Of a stretch of 36,820 nucleotides of DNA, positions 1-10,436 are shown piece by piece. The notes under the pieces are model-generated. The model was not told the origin of the DNA. It did no database searches and worked only from the letters and a program-made list of their open reading frames with translations. Source of the stretch: Craspedostauros australis (lineage: Eukaryota); contig JALAGF010003195.1 of NCBI GenBank assembly GCA_030167865.1, positions 1 through 36,820 on the forward strand, written 5' to 3'. Every line of letters starts with the position of its first letter. Within the stretch, counting starts at the first letter, position 1. The translations under genes and the position numbers were made by a program.

Positions 1-652
1 TGGATGGGATGAGCGCCCTGTGGTGTCCATTCATGAGGACATGCAGCAGGTACATACCGTACGAATGAATATGAACGAGAGCACCGAAGAGATTGAGACG
101 ATCTGACGAGCAGCAGAGCCACCGCATATCGAGGGGACCAAGCAGATACGGACGTTATTACCGGTTATTTGAGCGTTAGACTGGGCACTTGCAGCTGAAT
201 CGTACGCAGCAGAGTAGAGACCACATGAGAGGTAAATGGCTCGTGCCTTGAGCTCATAATCCGTTGTTTACTTCTAATTCCATGCCTTTTCCCAGTAGGA
301 GAGTTTGACATCACTCTGTGTGTTGATGGCTGCAATTTCGCCGCGCGGCGTTTCGCCGTACGACGGGCGTACGGGCATTGTTGTTCTTCGCGAGAAGGTT
401 GGCGCCAAAGTTCCGTATCTTTGCATCTTCGCATCTTTGTGTTCGCAATCTTCCCTCCACCACACAACAAACAAACAAGCAATTGAGGTTGGCAGACCAA
501 ATGGATTGATGCGCCGATGGTCAACAATACTACGACTATACCATGTAATAGCTCGTACTTGTACGAACACCCATGGATTGATCGTTCGTGCATCTGCATT
601 TGCTTTCAGATTGGCGAGCCAAGCGACAAGAGACTGACGCCCATCATCAAAG

Positions 653-1646
653 ATGCATCGCCGACTCGGCACAATCGCATCATCGCAGCGAAGATGGCAC
701 GCTCCGTTCCGAAGGCAACGGAGGGCCAGCACGGCCTCCATCTCGACATTGCGAACAGATCCATCGTTGGTAGATGACCGACATGCTCCGATTGACTGGG
801 AACCTTCTGCTGCGGTCGTCTATCCCAACGTTTGCACAGAAGATGAGGCGGAGCATTTGACGACGACCATCCTGTCTCGGCTCAAACGGTACGTGCCTGC
901 ATGTCTCTTCATGTGCGCGTGCTGCTTCGATTGCAATTTAATTTCGTTCGATGGCGTCTGGTTGATTCATGTTATTGCCGTACTCGTAAGTCGTGCGCGT
1001 AATACTTCCAACCATCAAGACTTGGCCAACACTCGCTAACCTCCTTGCTGTCGCTTTTGTTGCCACCTCTGTTGCCACCACCATTCCGCCAAAACTCTGC
1101 AACAGGCGACGCTACGAAAAGGGACACTGGGACTCCGTCATTGCGCAGTACAAAGAAATAGAATTGGAGAAGGAGCACAACATCACAGATGAATCCTCCG
1201 TCATCCACGCCATATTCCAAAGACTGCGGCAACATCTGCAGCAGCATCATCTGTCTCACAAACCAGCGGAATCGCTCGCGTGGTTGCCATGTCATGCCAT
1301 AGATCTCAAACGCGATGGAGAGCTCAACGCGCATGTGGATTCCATCAAATTCTCCGGAGATCTCGTGGCGGGCCTGTCCCTCCTGTCGCCAAGCATCATG
1401 CAGCTCAAACCTGATGAAACGCAGCTTCTGGATGAGGAGGCCGCCGCGGTTACCGACGACAATCTGCCCTGCATCAATTTGTACCTCCCGCCACTCTCGC
1501 TCTACGCCCTGACGGGGCCTGCGAGGTATCGGTACACGCACGAGCTGCTACCCAGCGACTCCATCTTCACAAATCCGATCAACGGCGAAACTATTTCTGT
1601 CGAACGAGATCATCGGCTCAGCATTATCTTTCGTGATAGCAAATGA
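653..1646 (+). CDS. ALKBH7: AlkB-family 2OG-Fe(II) dioxygenase, ALKBH7-like, probably mitochondrial; 2 exons (653-888, 1106-1646)
   Basis: Removing the intron 889-1105 (GTACGT...AACAG) joins LSRLKR to RRYEKGHWDSVI in frame, matching the ALKBH7 RRRYExxHWD motif. Also present: the HxD motif (NAHVDSIKFSG), RYRYTHELL and the C-terminal HRLSIIFR. The Arg/Ser-rich N-terminus without acidic residues resembles a mitochondrial presequence. Confidence 0.9.
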
Positions 1647-1899
1647 AAAAGAAGGGCAACAGCGACACGGTGGACATGTTGGGGTGTCAATGAACTTGAG
1701 TTGGTTGATGAAGGTTAAAGAACCAATCGAGGGCGTTGTGCTCTGGTGCATTGAACTGCAATGAACTGCAATCAGTTCGTCCATAATGACATTCTAGGAC
1801 AAGAGGGTATCCGTGTCACACGCCGCTTCAGCCATGTATGAAGACGCAACGCAAAACACTTGCGCGCATGGATGTTCATCACGGCAACAGCGACCAAGG

Positions 1900-2697
1900 T
1901 TAGCTCCTTCGTCTTGTAGATCTTCGAATTGCGCTGGCTCTTGATGGCGTGCCTTCGTTCTTCACTTTCCGCTTGCGCGAAGCACGAGAGGTTGCATCCG
2001 TTGTGCTCTGCGTGTCAGAGTCCTTCCTGACGATGCGACTTCCCGACACATCATCCAATCGTCCCAGCGCCGATAGTCGCGCTGATGTCCATATCGTGCG
2101 TCCCACGCGGTCCACTGACCAAGCTTCTCCCAACGTTCCTGCTATCCGTTGGCATTTGGTGTGGACCTCTCTGTACACCTTCATGGTATATGTCCGTTTC
2201 TTATGCACCAAGCATTCGATGACTTCGTCGTCCAAGAACATAAAGCGTTTCGGATACGCCAACGACAGCAGCGCTGCCGCGGTTGCCACACCGACACCAG
2301 AAAGCACGCACAATGCGTCCAGCGCTGCCTCGCAAATGCCATCGTCGGAAGCTGCCGCGGCATTAGCTTCGTAGCGTTCGACTGCATTCACAGCGTTCCT
2401 CCATGCTGCCTCAATCGCATTGGCCGAATTCGAGTTCAGTAACTTCTTCAGAGCGTTTCTTGGCTTTCCCTTGACGAACTTCCATTCGTACACGACGCGC
2501 AGAAATAGGTCTTTGTCCAACCGCTCGCATGATTGCAAGGCCTGTCGCAGCTGTTCATCCGTCTTGGCTAGGTGATCCGATCTTTCCATCAGCATTTGCG
2601 GCATCTCGGCATGCACCTTCTCCCATTGCTTCACATCCGAAGGCTTGCGGCTGAACAGGATGGCATCTCTTACGCCGGGTCTCGTGATGTGCTTCAT
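1900..2697 (-). CDS. Amun-like protein of the helix-hairpin-helix (HhH-GPD glycosylase-like) superfamily
   Basis: Single 265-aa ORF with EWKFVKGKPRNAL, an HhH-like LCVLSGVGVATAAALLS followed by FMFLDDE, and WSVDRVGRTIW. The basic C-terminal tail (SRKRKVK...RRSTRRRS) is NLS-like. Confidence 0.7.
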   Translation of the reverse strand: MKHITRPGVRDAILFSRKPSDVKQWEKVHAEMPQMLMERSDHLAKTDEQLRQALQSCERLDKDLFLRVVYEWKFVKGKPRNALKKLLNSNSANAIEAAWRNAVNAVERYEANAAAASDDGICEAALDALCVLSGVGVATAAALLSLAYPKRFMFLDDEVIECLVHKKRTYTMKVYREVHTKCQRIAGTLGEAWSVDRVGRTIWTSARLSALGRLDDVSGSRIVRKDSDTQSTTDATSRASRKRKVKNEGTPSRASAIRRSTRRRS

Positions 2698-3612
2698 TGT
2701 GACAATCGTATATGCACAAGTGTAAGTGTTGCGATCAGCAGTCGGTTGGTACCCAAAAGCGACACAACAACGCGCAACTGGAGGTCCTCAGGTGATCGCT
2801 GTTGCCATTGGTGACGACGATGATGATGTTGTTGTGGCTGTCGCTGTCGCTGTTGCTGTTGCGTTTCCGAGTTGGCGACCAACACGTCAACGAAAGTGTT
2901 CGCGCCATTTCCATTCACGAAACAACATGACTGGATGATTATGCACGACTTGAAAATACTTCTTCTCATCGCAATTTTTCCACAACAACGCATCCAACGC
3001 TTCACATTTTTTGTCGACAAAAAAGCGATGGGCAAGAGGGAACCGAGGAAGACAACACACGTTCCGAAGCAAACCGGCAACCCATCGCGTACACTCGAAT
3101 GCGCACGGTGCAGTGGTACATACATGCGAAGATGCGCAGGGTACGAAGTGGTACTCTGTTGCATACGAGTACGTTGTCGATATCAATACCAGCACTTCAC
3201 TCCCTTGCGTGTGAAGATCGCTACTGCATCGGCAACAATCCGTTGAATGAAGGACAAGAACCATTAAGGCGGAACGGAATGCATTGGGTGAAGAGCCGGC
3301 GAGCAAAGTGGAGTAGGTCGTAAAGTACTCCTGCTGCAACAATCCACACACATCAGAAACAGTGCAAGAGCAGCCTCATTGGGCCGCCTGCAACACTCTT
3401 CGTTGGTTGGCACTTCTACCGTGCTATTCCCACCTGTATGTTACATCATAGTACTCCACTTCATCACGCAGCAAGGATTGAATTCGTCGCCCATACCATC
3501 CATGCCGGCACCCAACACCGAGACCAATACCGACCGTCATCATCAGTTGGCGATAACCTGAGAAACGCATTCATCGACGCGGCAACACTATCAACCAAAC
3601 GAGTATCCAACC

Positions 3613-6480
3613 ATGAGAATACCTTCACAACTCACAACAGCACTGTCAATATGGATGGTATCACCGCTCATCCTCGCACCGGCCGTCGCACAGTCCCCGG
3701 GAAACCCAAGTACTGAAAGCAAGTGCCGGTGCCAGTATCCTGGCGAAAGCATCTCTGAACCAAACGGAAATCAGCTGCGAAAGCCCATGCAAGTGATCCC
3801 GCGAGAGGAGGAGCTGTGTCGGAACATCGTTTACGTCTGTCCCGGCAAAGCGAACGAATTGAACCTCGAACCGTGGTACTACAACGGCTATTGCCGTGCA
3901 TTCGAGTCCAGCTTTGCGCAAGCTCGTTCCAATGCAAATGCAAACGCAAATAGTAGCAGTAGCAGTAGCAGTAGCAATGGAGGTGACGGCTCGAATCGTT
4001 ATCTGAAGGTGGGACACCAGATGGATTTGAAGGTTGACAAACAGCCAATCGATCTGTCCACCATCATGCAAGAGAACCAGCCACAGCAGGAACCGGAGGA
4101 CATCGTCCCTGTTTCGACGAACGATATTTACTACATTGATGAGGGTAAGCGCGAACCCGAGGCATTCGAATCACAGCCAACCGATGGCACAGATCCAGGG
4201 GTAATTGCGGAATCAACTCCAGCGCGTGAAGAGGAGCCGGACGAGAGCCAACAATCAGGAACAGGTGATATGAGAGACGAAGACTCACATGTTGAGGAAG
4301 AAGGAAAGGAAAAAGACAAAGGCAATGGTAAAAAGAAGGAAAAGGAGGAGGAGAAGAGGGAAAGCAAGCGCAAGGAAAATACGAAGGGCAAGGACAAGGG
4401 CAACAAAAGAGAGAGAGGGCAAGACGATGAGAGAATAGAAGAGGAGCAGGAGGAAGACCAGGAGATTTACCCCAATGAAATCGCTTCCATCAATGACATC
4501 GTCGTCAATCGGAGCGCCCCACAGAGTCATGGCATGACAGGTGTGAAGATGGATCCACGAAGCGGAAAGGTCTTTGGTTTGGTGGAGCCAGGGAAGAGGC
4601 GTGGGGCAGATCGAAAGAATCGTGGGGCAGATATCATGTATACCAAGTCAGACATCCCCAAAGATCATCATGACGGGAAACAAAAGGACAAAGCCAAGGG
4701 CAAAGCTAAGGACAAGCACGAAGATGCGAGCAAGGGGGGAAATGGAGATGACAAGGAGGGAGACGGGGGTAGAATTGTTTTGAAACCGAAAGACAGGAAA
4801 AAGGACAAGTCCAAAGAAAAGAGCAAGAGCAAAGGCAAGAACAACGAAGTAGACGCAGATGATGTTAGCAGTGTTGATAGCATTGCTGACATCGATGAGA
4901 TGATGGACGAGGAAACAGACGGGGAAGCAAATGAGGCCGATGAGGCAGATGAAGCCGATGCTACTGCTGACGCCGACGGTATCGATGAGGTTACGAACGA
5001 GGAGGTAGACGAGGACGAGATGGTGACTGAACCAATCGCACAGGAGGATAACGTGCTGCCGGCTGACGATGCAGACGCAGCAGTCGCAGACGCAGCACTC
5101 GCAGATGCAACAGATGCATCCACACCAGACACAGCGATGGACGATATCGAAACAACAACGACCGATGCAACATCCACTGCTGCCGTTACTCCAACTTCAC
5201 CGACAACATCCATTCCAGCTGCTACTTCTACGACAGCTGTCACTTCTGCTTCAACTACTACCACTACGACTTCAACCACATCATCGGCAGCGACAACAGC
5301 AAGCTCGATGCAAATACCATCGTCAACACCATCTTCAATGCCAACGTCGATGCCGTCGGTAACACTATCCACAACAATGGCGACAACAACAGCAACGATA
5401 TCTGCATCAGGTGAGATAGAACACAGTGCAACAACATCTGCAACCGCTGCCATGATGGACACGGTACCAACAACTGTCGGCATGCCTCCAACGACAGCAA
5501 AGCCGACAGCAACGGCAATGAGTGGCAACGCCACAACCTTTGCTACCACAAGTACCGATACAACAACGACGACGACGACGACGACGATCCCAATGACCAC
5601 GATCCCGACAACGACGATGGCAACCACAGCGATACCGACGACCACGACGGTATCTGCGGCGAAAAATGCTGCCGCAGCTGCAAGCCCATCACCTACGACT
5701 TCAACTTCGTCTCTGCCAACAGCCACGGGGAACAGCGACGAGCAGATACGAGGTGGAAGCACAAACGGTGCAAAATCAGATTGGGAAGGATCAGACCAGT
5801 ACCCGTCCGGTCCCTCGTACGTGGTGCTTCCGGCCAACCACGATTACTGCAAATGCACGGAGTTCACGTTGGATTTTGAGCATGCAGAGTCCGGCAGTCC
5901 GCTCCAAGGCGGCACATACGCGGAGGACGAATGGGAACCGATCCACGGCATCAGGATCCACGCCCATTCTGTGTCGTACGGCAACGCGCCCACTCCCACC
6001 CCGCTGCGTCCGTACATATTCGACACATCCAAACCAGCAGAGAATGGCTTGGACAATTCACTGCATGACCTGACGGCACTGGGCAACCCTAACAAGGACT
6101 GCGGCGGACCTGGCGAAGGCACCGGAGGTGATCTCAGCCATTCCGGGCGAGGCGCGGAGAACTGCAACCCGTTGGGCAACGTTCTCATCACGACCACGAG
6201 CTTCAAGGAGGCTTCCGAGGATGCCGTAATTCAAATCACGTTCGACCACCCAGTCGTTTGGGTGGAAGACGTTGTGATGCTGAATGTCGCGGATGACTCC
6301 AGCATGGTGGGTGTATACACCACAGACGACAGAGAGCACGTGTTTCCATTGAAGAACACTGGGCCGAACGGTGTCCAAAGACTGCCGATTCAACGCCACG
6401 CCGTCGATCAGCTGTTCTTTGATCTACACTCCATCGCTGCGATAGCAAGCATCCAGATGTGTATCAAGCTGGATCAATGA
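3613..6480 (+). CDS. Secreted modular mucin-like protein: signal peptide, Cys module, Lys/Glu-rich, acidic and Thr/Ser-rich blocks, C-terminal globular domain
   Basis: 955-aa uninterrupted ORF. Hydrophobic N-terminus ends in AVA|Q. Long low-complexity blocks follow, then a C-terminal ~210-aa domain (LDFE...YIFDTSKP...LGNPNKDCGGPGEGTGG...ENCNPLGNVLI). Confidence 0.85.
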   Translation: MRIPSQLTTALSIWMVSPLILAPAVAQSPGNPSTESKCRCQYPGESISEPNGNQLRKPMQVIPREEELCRNIVYVCPGKANELNLEPWYYNGYCRAFESSFAQARSNANANANSSSSSSSSNGGDGSNRYLKVGHQMDLKVDKQPIDLSTIMQENQPQQEPEDIVPVSTNDIYYIDEGKREPEAFESQPTDGTDPGVIAESTPAREEEPDESQQSGTGDMRDEDSHVEEEGKEKDKGNGKKKEKEEEKRESKRKENTKGKDKGNKRERGQDDERIEEEQEEDQEIYPNEIASINDIVVNRSAPQSHGMTGVKMDPRSGKVFGLVEPGKRRGADRKNRGADIMYTKSDIPKDHHDGKQKDKAKGKAKDKHEDASKGGNGDDKEGDGGRIVLKPKDRKKDKSKEKSKSKGKNNEVDADDVSSVDSIADIDEMMDEETDGEANEADEADEADATADADGIDEVTNEEVDEDEMVTEPIAQEDNVLPADDADAAVADAALADATDASTPDTAMDDIETTTTDATSTAAVTPTSPTTSIPAATSTTAVTSASTTTTTTSTTSSAATTASSMQIPSSTPSSMPTSMPSVTLSTTMATTTATISASGEIEHSATTSATAAMMDTVPTTVGMPPTTAKPTATAMSGNATTFATTSTDTTTTTTTTTIPMTTIPTTTMATTAIPTTTTVSAAKNAAAAASPSPTTSTSSLPTATGNSDEQIRGGSTNGAKSDWEGSDQYPSGPSYVVLPANHDYCKCTEFTLDFEHAESGSPLQGGTYAEDEWEPIHGIRIHAHSVSYGNAPTPTPLRPYIFDTSKPAENGLDNSLHDLTALGNPNKDCGGPGEGTGGDLSHSGRGAENCNPLGNVLITTTSFKEASEDAVIQITFDHPVVWVEDVVMLNVADDSSMVGVYTTDDREHVFPLKNTGPNGVQRLPIQRHAVDQLFFDLHSIAAIASIQMCIKLDQ

Positions 6481-7498
6481 TCCCAGCAGCATATCTACAA
6501 ATGTACTACGTATATATCACAGCACATCAGGGGCGTGGGGTGAGTGCATTCGAAAAGCACCATGAAGGAAATAGAGTTGAAGACACACCGCTGTACATGC
6601 AATGATGGCGACGGGTGGATGACTGTCCTTGTGTGATACGAAGGGACATGCAGTGAGAGGAAAATCATGCAACATGAAAGCGAGGAGAGGGGAGAGCCTT
6701 GTGCTGCGGTGTAGTAGTAGAGCTTTCGAGTAACCGAGAGCCACTGTGTGCTGGAGGTGGATGCTCTCTAGCATTGGCGATTTGCGCTAACTTGTGGTGA
6801 ATTATTAGAGTACTCTTTCCGAGCCCGCCATCCTCACATTTCCTAGAATTGAATAGTAGCCTGTGTATTATTTGCCATATTCTTAGTCTGTACAACGCTC
6901 GGTGACATGGCAAATTACAAGCACGACTGCCGAGACGAATAACACGACACGACGTTCACGCACAAAAGGGATTGAGTCAAGGATCTGAAGAAAATGGTGT
7001 TAACGCGATTCTATCCGTGTGCACATCATGGCGACGCGCGAAATTATGGGCACAATGACATCTGTTGCCGTTCTGGTTGCGGTTGGACTCTCTTTTGGCA
7101 GCCCTCATGCGTAGCACATGTTCCTTGCGTTGCTGCTCATGCCACCATCGCTGCTCTGGAAGCGCAAGCGGAACCAAGCTTACTGAAGTCCTCCAGTGCA
7201 GTGAGCACACACAAGCACAGTGAGACCGAATCCCAAGGCCTCCCAGCGGCGCTGTTGCCGTGACCAGAAGACACAAGCAAAACGCAGGGGCTGGGCAGAA
7301 TTCTGGGAACGAAGGGGACAAGAAGGTGGCGCGGACAAGCCTGTGCGACGACTTCGACTACTACTACGACGACGACGACAACTACAAGTATTGGGACGCA
7401 ATCTATACGTACGAGTAGAGTATTCAACTCGCGGGGGAGGAAGGGCACCGACGAGTACGTCCATTGCACCTGCAACGCAGATCCCATTCCTTCCTTCG

Positions 7499-7528
7499 TT
7501 CATTGATTCATTCATTGATTCATTCATT
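7499..7528. repeat. Short tandem repeat of TTCA/TTGA units (about 2.5 copies of TTCATTGATTCA) upstream of PAN3
   Basis: Read directly: ttcattgattcattcattgattcattcatt. Confidence 0.8.
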
Positions 7529-7640
7529 TGGCTCCATCTCCATCTGCATTGCGCAACTGCCAGCATCAGGACCAGCGCCGGTGACGTCCCTTCTGCTTCG
7601 TCAATAGCAGGAGGACGGCGTCGTCCACGCAATCGTCGTC

Positions 7641-9864
7641 ATGGATAACCTCAGCGACACCTTCGGCAGCCTATCGACGAACGCGCCGGAATGGAAGCCT
7701 CCAGGTTCGGAGACGCCAACTCCCAAGCCGGCGGCAAAGGCATCATCGACAGGTTCAGATTGGTCGTCGGATGCTTCCGATCTCAATGCGGTTGCAGTCA
7801 AGGAATTCATCCCGGGTAAGGGATGGATCACAGCTCCTGCGAAGCTTCCCGTCGATTCACAGCAACCTGCGGGCCCACGACCTACGGGTAAGTCAATGCA
7901 ATGCAACACAATTCAACACAATGGAATGAAACGAAATGCACGCATACACGTGTTCATTTGTTTGTCGATGCGGCTTGATGGGATGGACGGACCAGTGTGT
8001 GCACGATCGACAACTGCATCTGATAGCATCGCATCGCTGATGCCATCATTCATCGTCCATCGTTCGTCACTCTGTTTTCATGCAATCCCGTGATCGAACA
8101 CATGGACAGGACAAGGCGGATATGCCGATGCAGCGCATGCTGGTCGGGCAGAGAATGGCGGGTATGTTGACCAGACCAGTCACGGAGCGGCGGAAGGTTT
8201 CCCAGGAATGGAGGCCACGATAGAGGCTGGGCCAACCCCAGCGCCACCGCCGTTCCGGTCACTTCACGGTCTGGGCTTGTCGGATGATTTGTGGAGGTAC
8301 TACAGGGCGCAGACGTTTGATGGATTGCGTCAGATGGATCCCAAGGATCCGAGGCACAAGGCCGTCCCAGCACCCTACTGCAACGCGTTTTGCTTGGATG
8401 ATTTGACCGTCAGCGCCAATGGCCGTGCACGAAGTCGGTCCTTTGGGTACCCGTCGACGACCTTTCAGGTGACATCGCGGGAGGATGGGTATGTGTATTG
8501 CCTTCGTCGGTTTGACAACGTCAAGAGCGCAACTCCCAGCGTCTGCGCGTCGGTGCTGGACCGGTGGAGCAAGCTCGGGGATCATCCCAATTTGGTCCAA
8601 CTGCATCGATGCTTCATCGCGCAGCGTGCGCTCTTCTTTGTGTACAGCTACGTGCCGGGAGCGATCTCCATCAAGGAGCGCTGGAACGGACCTATTTCCG
8701 AGGAATTCCTCTGGAGCGCAATTTCGCAGTTTGCATCCGTTCTGCGTCGCGTGCATCGCAGCGGCTCGGCGGTGCGTACGATGGACACCTCGCACGTTCT
8801 CACAACGACGGACCCATCACAATCGCACCTGCGCGTCCACATCAACTGTGCTGGCATCGTCGACGTCATCGAATGCGAGACGCAGAAGAGCCTAATTGAT
8901 CTGCAGCATCAGGATATTCGGAACTTCGGTCGTCTCGTGCTGAGCATCGCCACTGGCACGGATATCACCCCGCAAACAGACGGCGCGACCATCTCTCGTT
9001 GTGAGCAGTACTGCATTAACCACTACTCGCGCGAGCTGCACAACCTCTGCTTCACGCTGATCCGCAGCCGCATCCCACCCTCCATGGGGGACGTGTGTCG
9101 CGTGCTCGCGGACAGATTGCTGGACGAGATGGATGCTTCCAACATGGTCACGGATAAGAATGAAGCTGCGCTGGCAGCGGAGTACGAATCCAGCCGCGCT
9201 CTGCGACTGCTGCTCAAAATGGGATTCGTCAACGAACGACCAGAGTTTGGGCCCAACCGACGCTGGGCGCAGTCCGGAGATTGCTACATCTTGGGTCTCT
9301 TTCGAGATTACGGTACGTCCATTGATTTTGTCATCTTCCTGATGTGAGCGATATGTGCGATGTGTGGACCAAGTGGATATATCCTGAAGCATGCATCGCA
9401 TCGAATCGTACTGCGTTACATCTCAGTACTCGTACACGTGCATGCACTCCCTGCCTCTAACGCCTTCCTCTCCCATCGCCCGCTCCTTCCTTGTCGTCCT
9501 TGTCTCTCTTGCTGCTTCTGGCAACAACAACGACGACAACAACCGCGGCAATGGTCTGTATTGACCACATACTGGCGCATATGCCGCTCTGTGCATTTCA
9601 CCAACGCTAACGTCAACGCCAACACCTGTTTCCCACACAGTCTTTCATCAGGCCGACGGGGCTGGCCAGCCGGTGATGGACCTGGGTCATGTCATCACTG
9701 CATTGAACAAGCTCGACGCCGCAGACGAAGAGAAGATCGTTCTGTCATCCCGAGATGGCAAGACGTTGATGGTTGTTACGTTCGCAGACGTAGCGAGGTG
9801 CCTCGACAGCGCGTACCACGAGCTGTGCTCTGGATCTGTCCCGCCGCCAACACTTCACTACTAA
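7641..9864 (+). CDS. PAN3: PAN2-PAN3 deadenylase subunit PAN3 (pseudokinase plus C-terminal knob); 3 exons (7641-7887, 8110-9312, 9641-9864)
   Basis: Introns 7888-8109 (GTAAGT...CAG) and 9313-9640 (GTACGT...CAG, with a CGCTAAC branch-like site) both restore the frame. Motifs: SFGYPSTTFQVTSREDGYVYCLRR, HPNLVQL, RLLLKMGFVNERPEF, WAQSGDCYILGLFRDY|VFHQ, DLGHVITALNKLDA and LSSRDGK. PAM2-like motifs are in exon 1. Confidence 0.95.
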
Positions 9865-10436
9865 ACGCATGTGTGGCTCTGTGGCGATGATCCTGTGTGG
9901 GCACTGCGCATGATGAATCTGCACACACATCGGCAACAAATCATGTGCAGCATTGAAGTTCATACACCGTCGCTCTCATTCGTTCACCTCTTTGGACGCG
10001 GAGGAGTGCAACCATCTGGAGGAGCAAGCGATGTGACAAAGCGACGGACGATACTTGCCTGCAATGTGCGGCTGCGGAAGGCAACTTCCTCCTGCAAATG
10101 AATGGATCGCAAGCCCTGCTTGTTCGTATCCACGTACACCCACACGCACCATTGGCATGTACCATACATACATGCAACACCCACCATGTCACAACATCAC
10201 AGCACGGAGCAAACCAAACCAAGCCAAGTTAAAAATGAAGCAAAAACAAACAGCAAACAAAACGTATAAACACAAAAGGGTGCAGCCTGGATTGCGGACG
10301 AGCACGTGCGGGTGCCATACCACGCCTGGCACGTACTCGCACATCCGTACGTGCAGCGATCCACACTGGACCACGACAAGAAAAAGCAAAAAAGATGATC
10401 GAAAAACTTTTCCAATAAAAAATACAAACGCCACGG

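Noticed and set aside
1-652. Several overlapping short ORFs at the window start
   Set aside because: No motifs or coding bias; treated as upstream sequence of ALKBH7.
653-2697. ALKBH7 and the HhH protein (plus MAT1) as a DNA-repair cluster
   Set aside because: Convergent neighbours in a eukaryote with different predicted compartments. ALKBH7 is not an established DNA-repair enzyme, and adjacency alone is not evidence.
4668-5837. 389-aa Val/Ala/Ser-rich minus-strand ORF
   Set aside because: Antisense shadow of the Thr/Asp-rich codons of the mucin-like gene.
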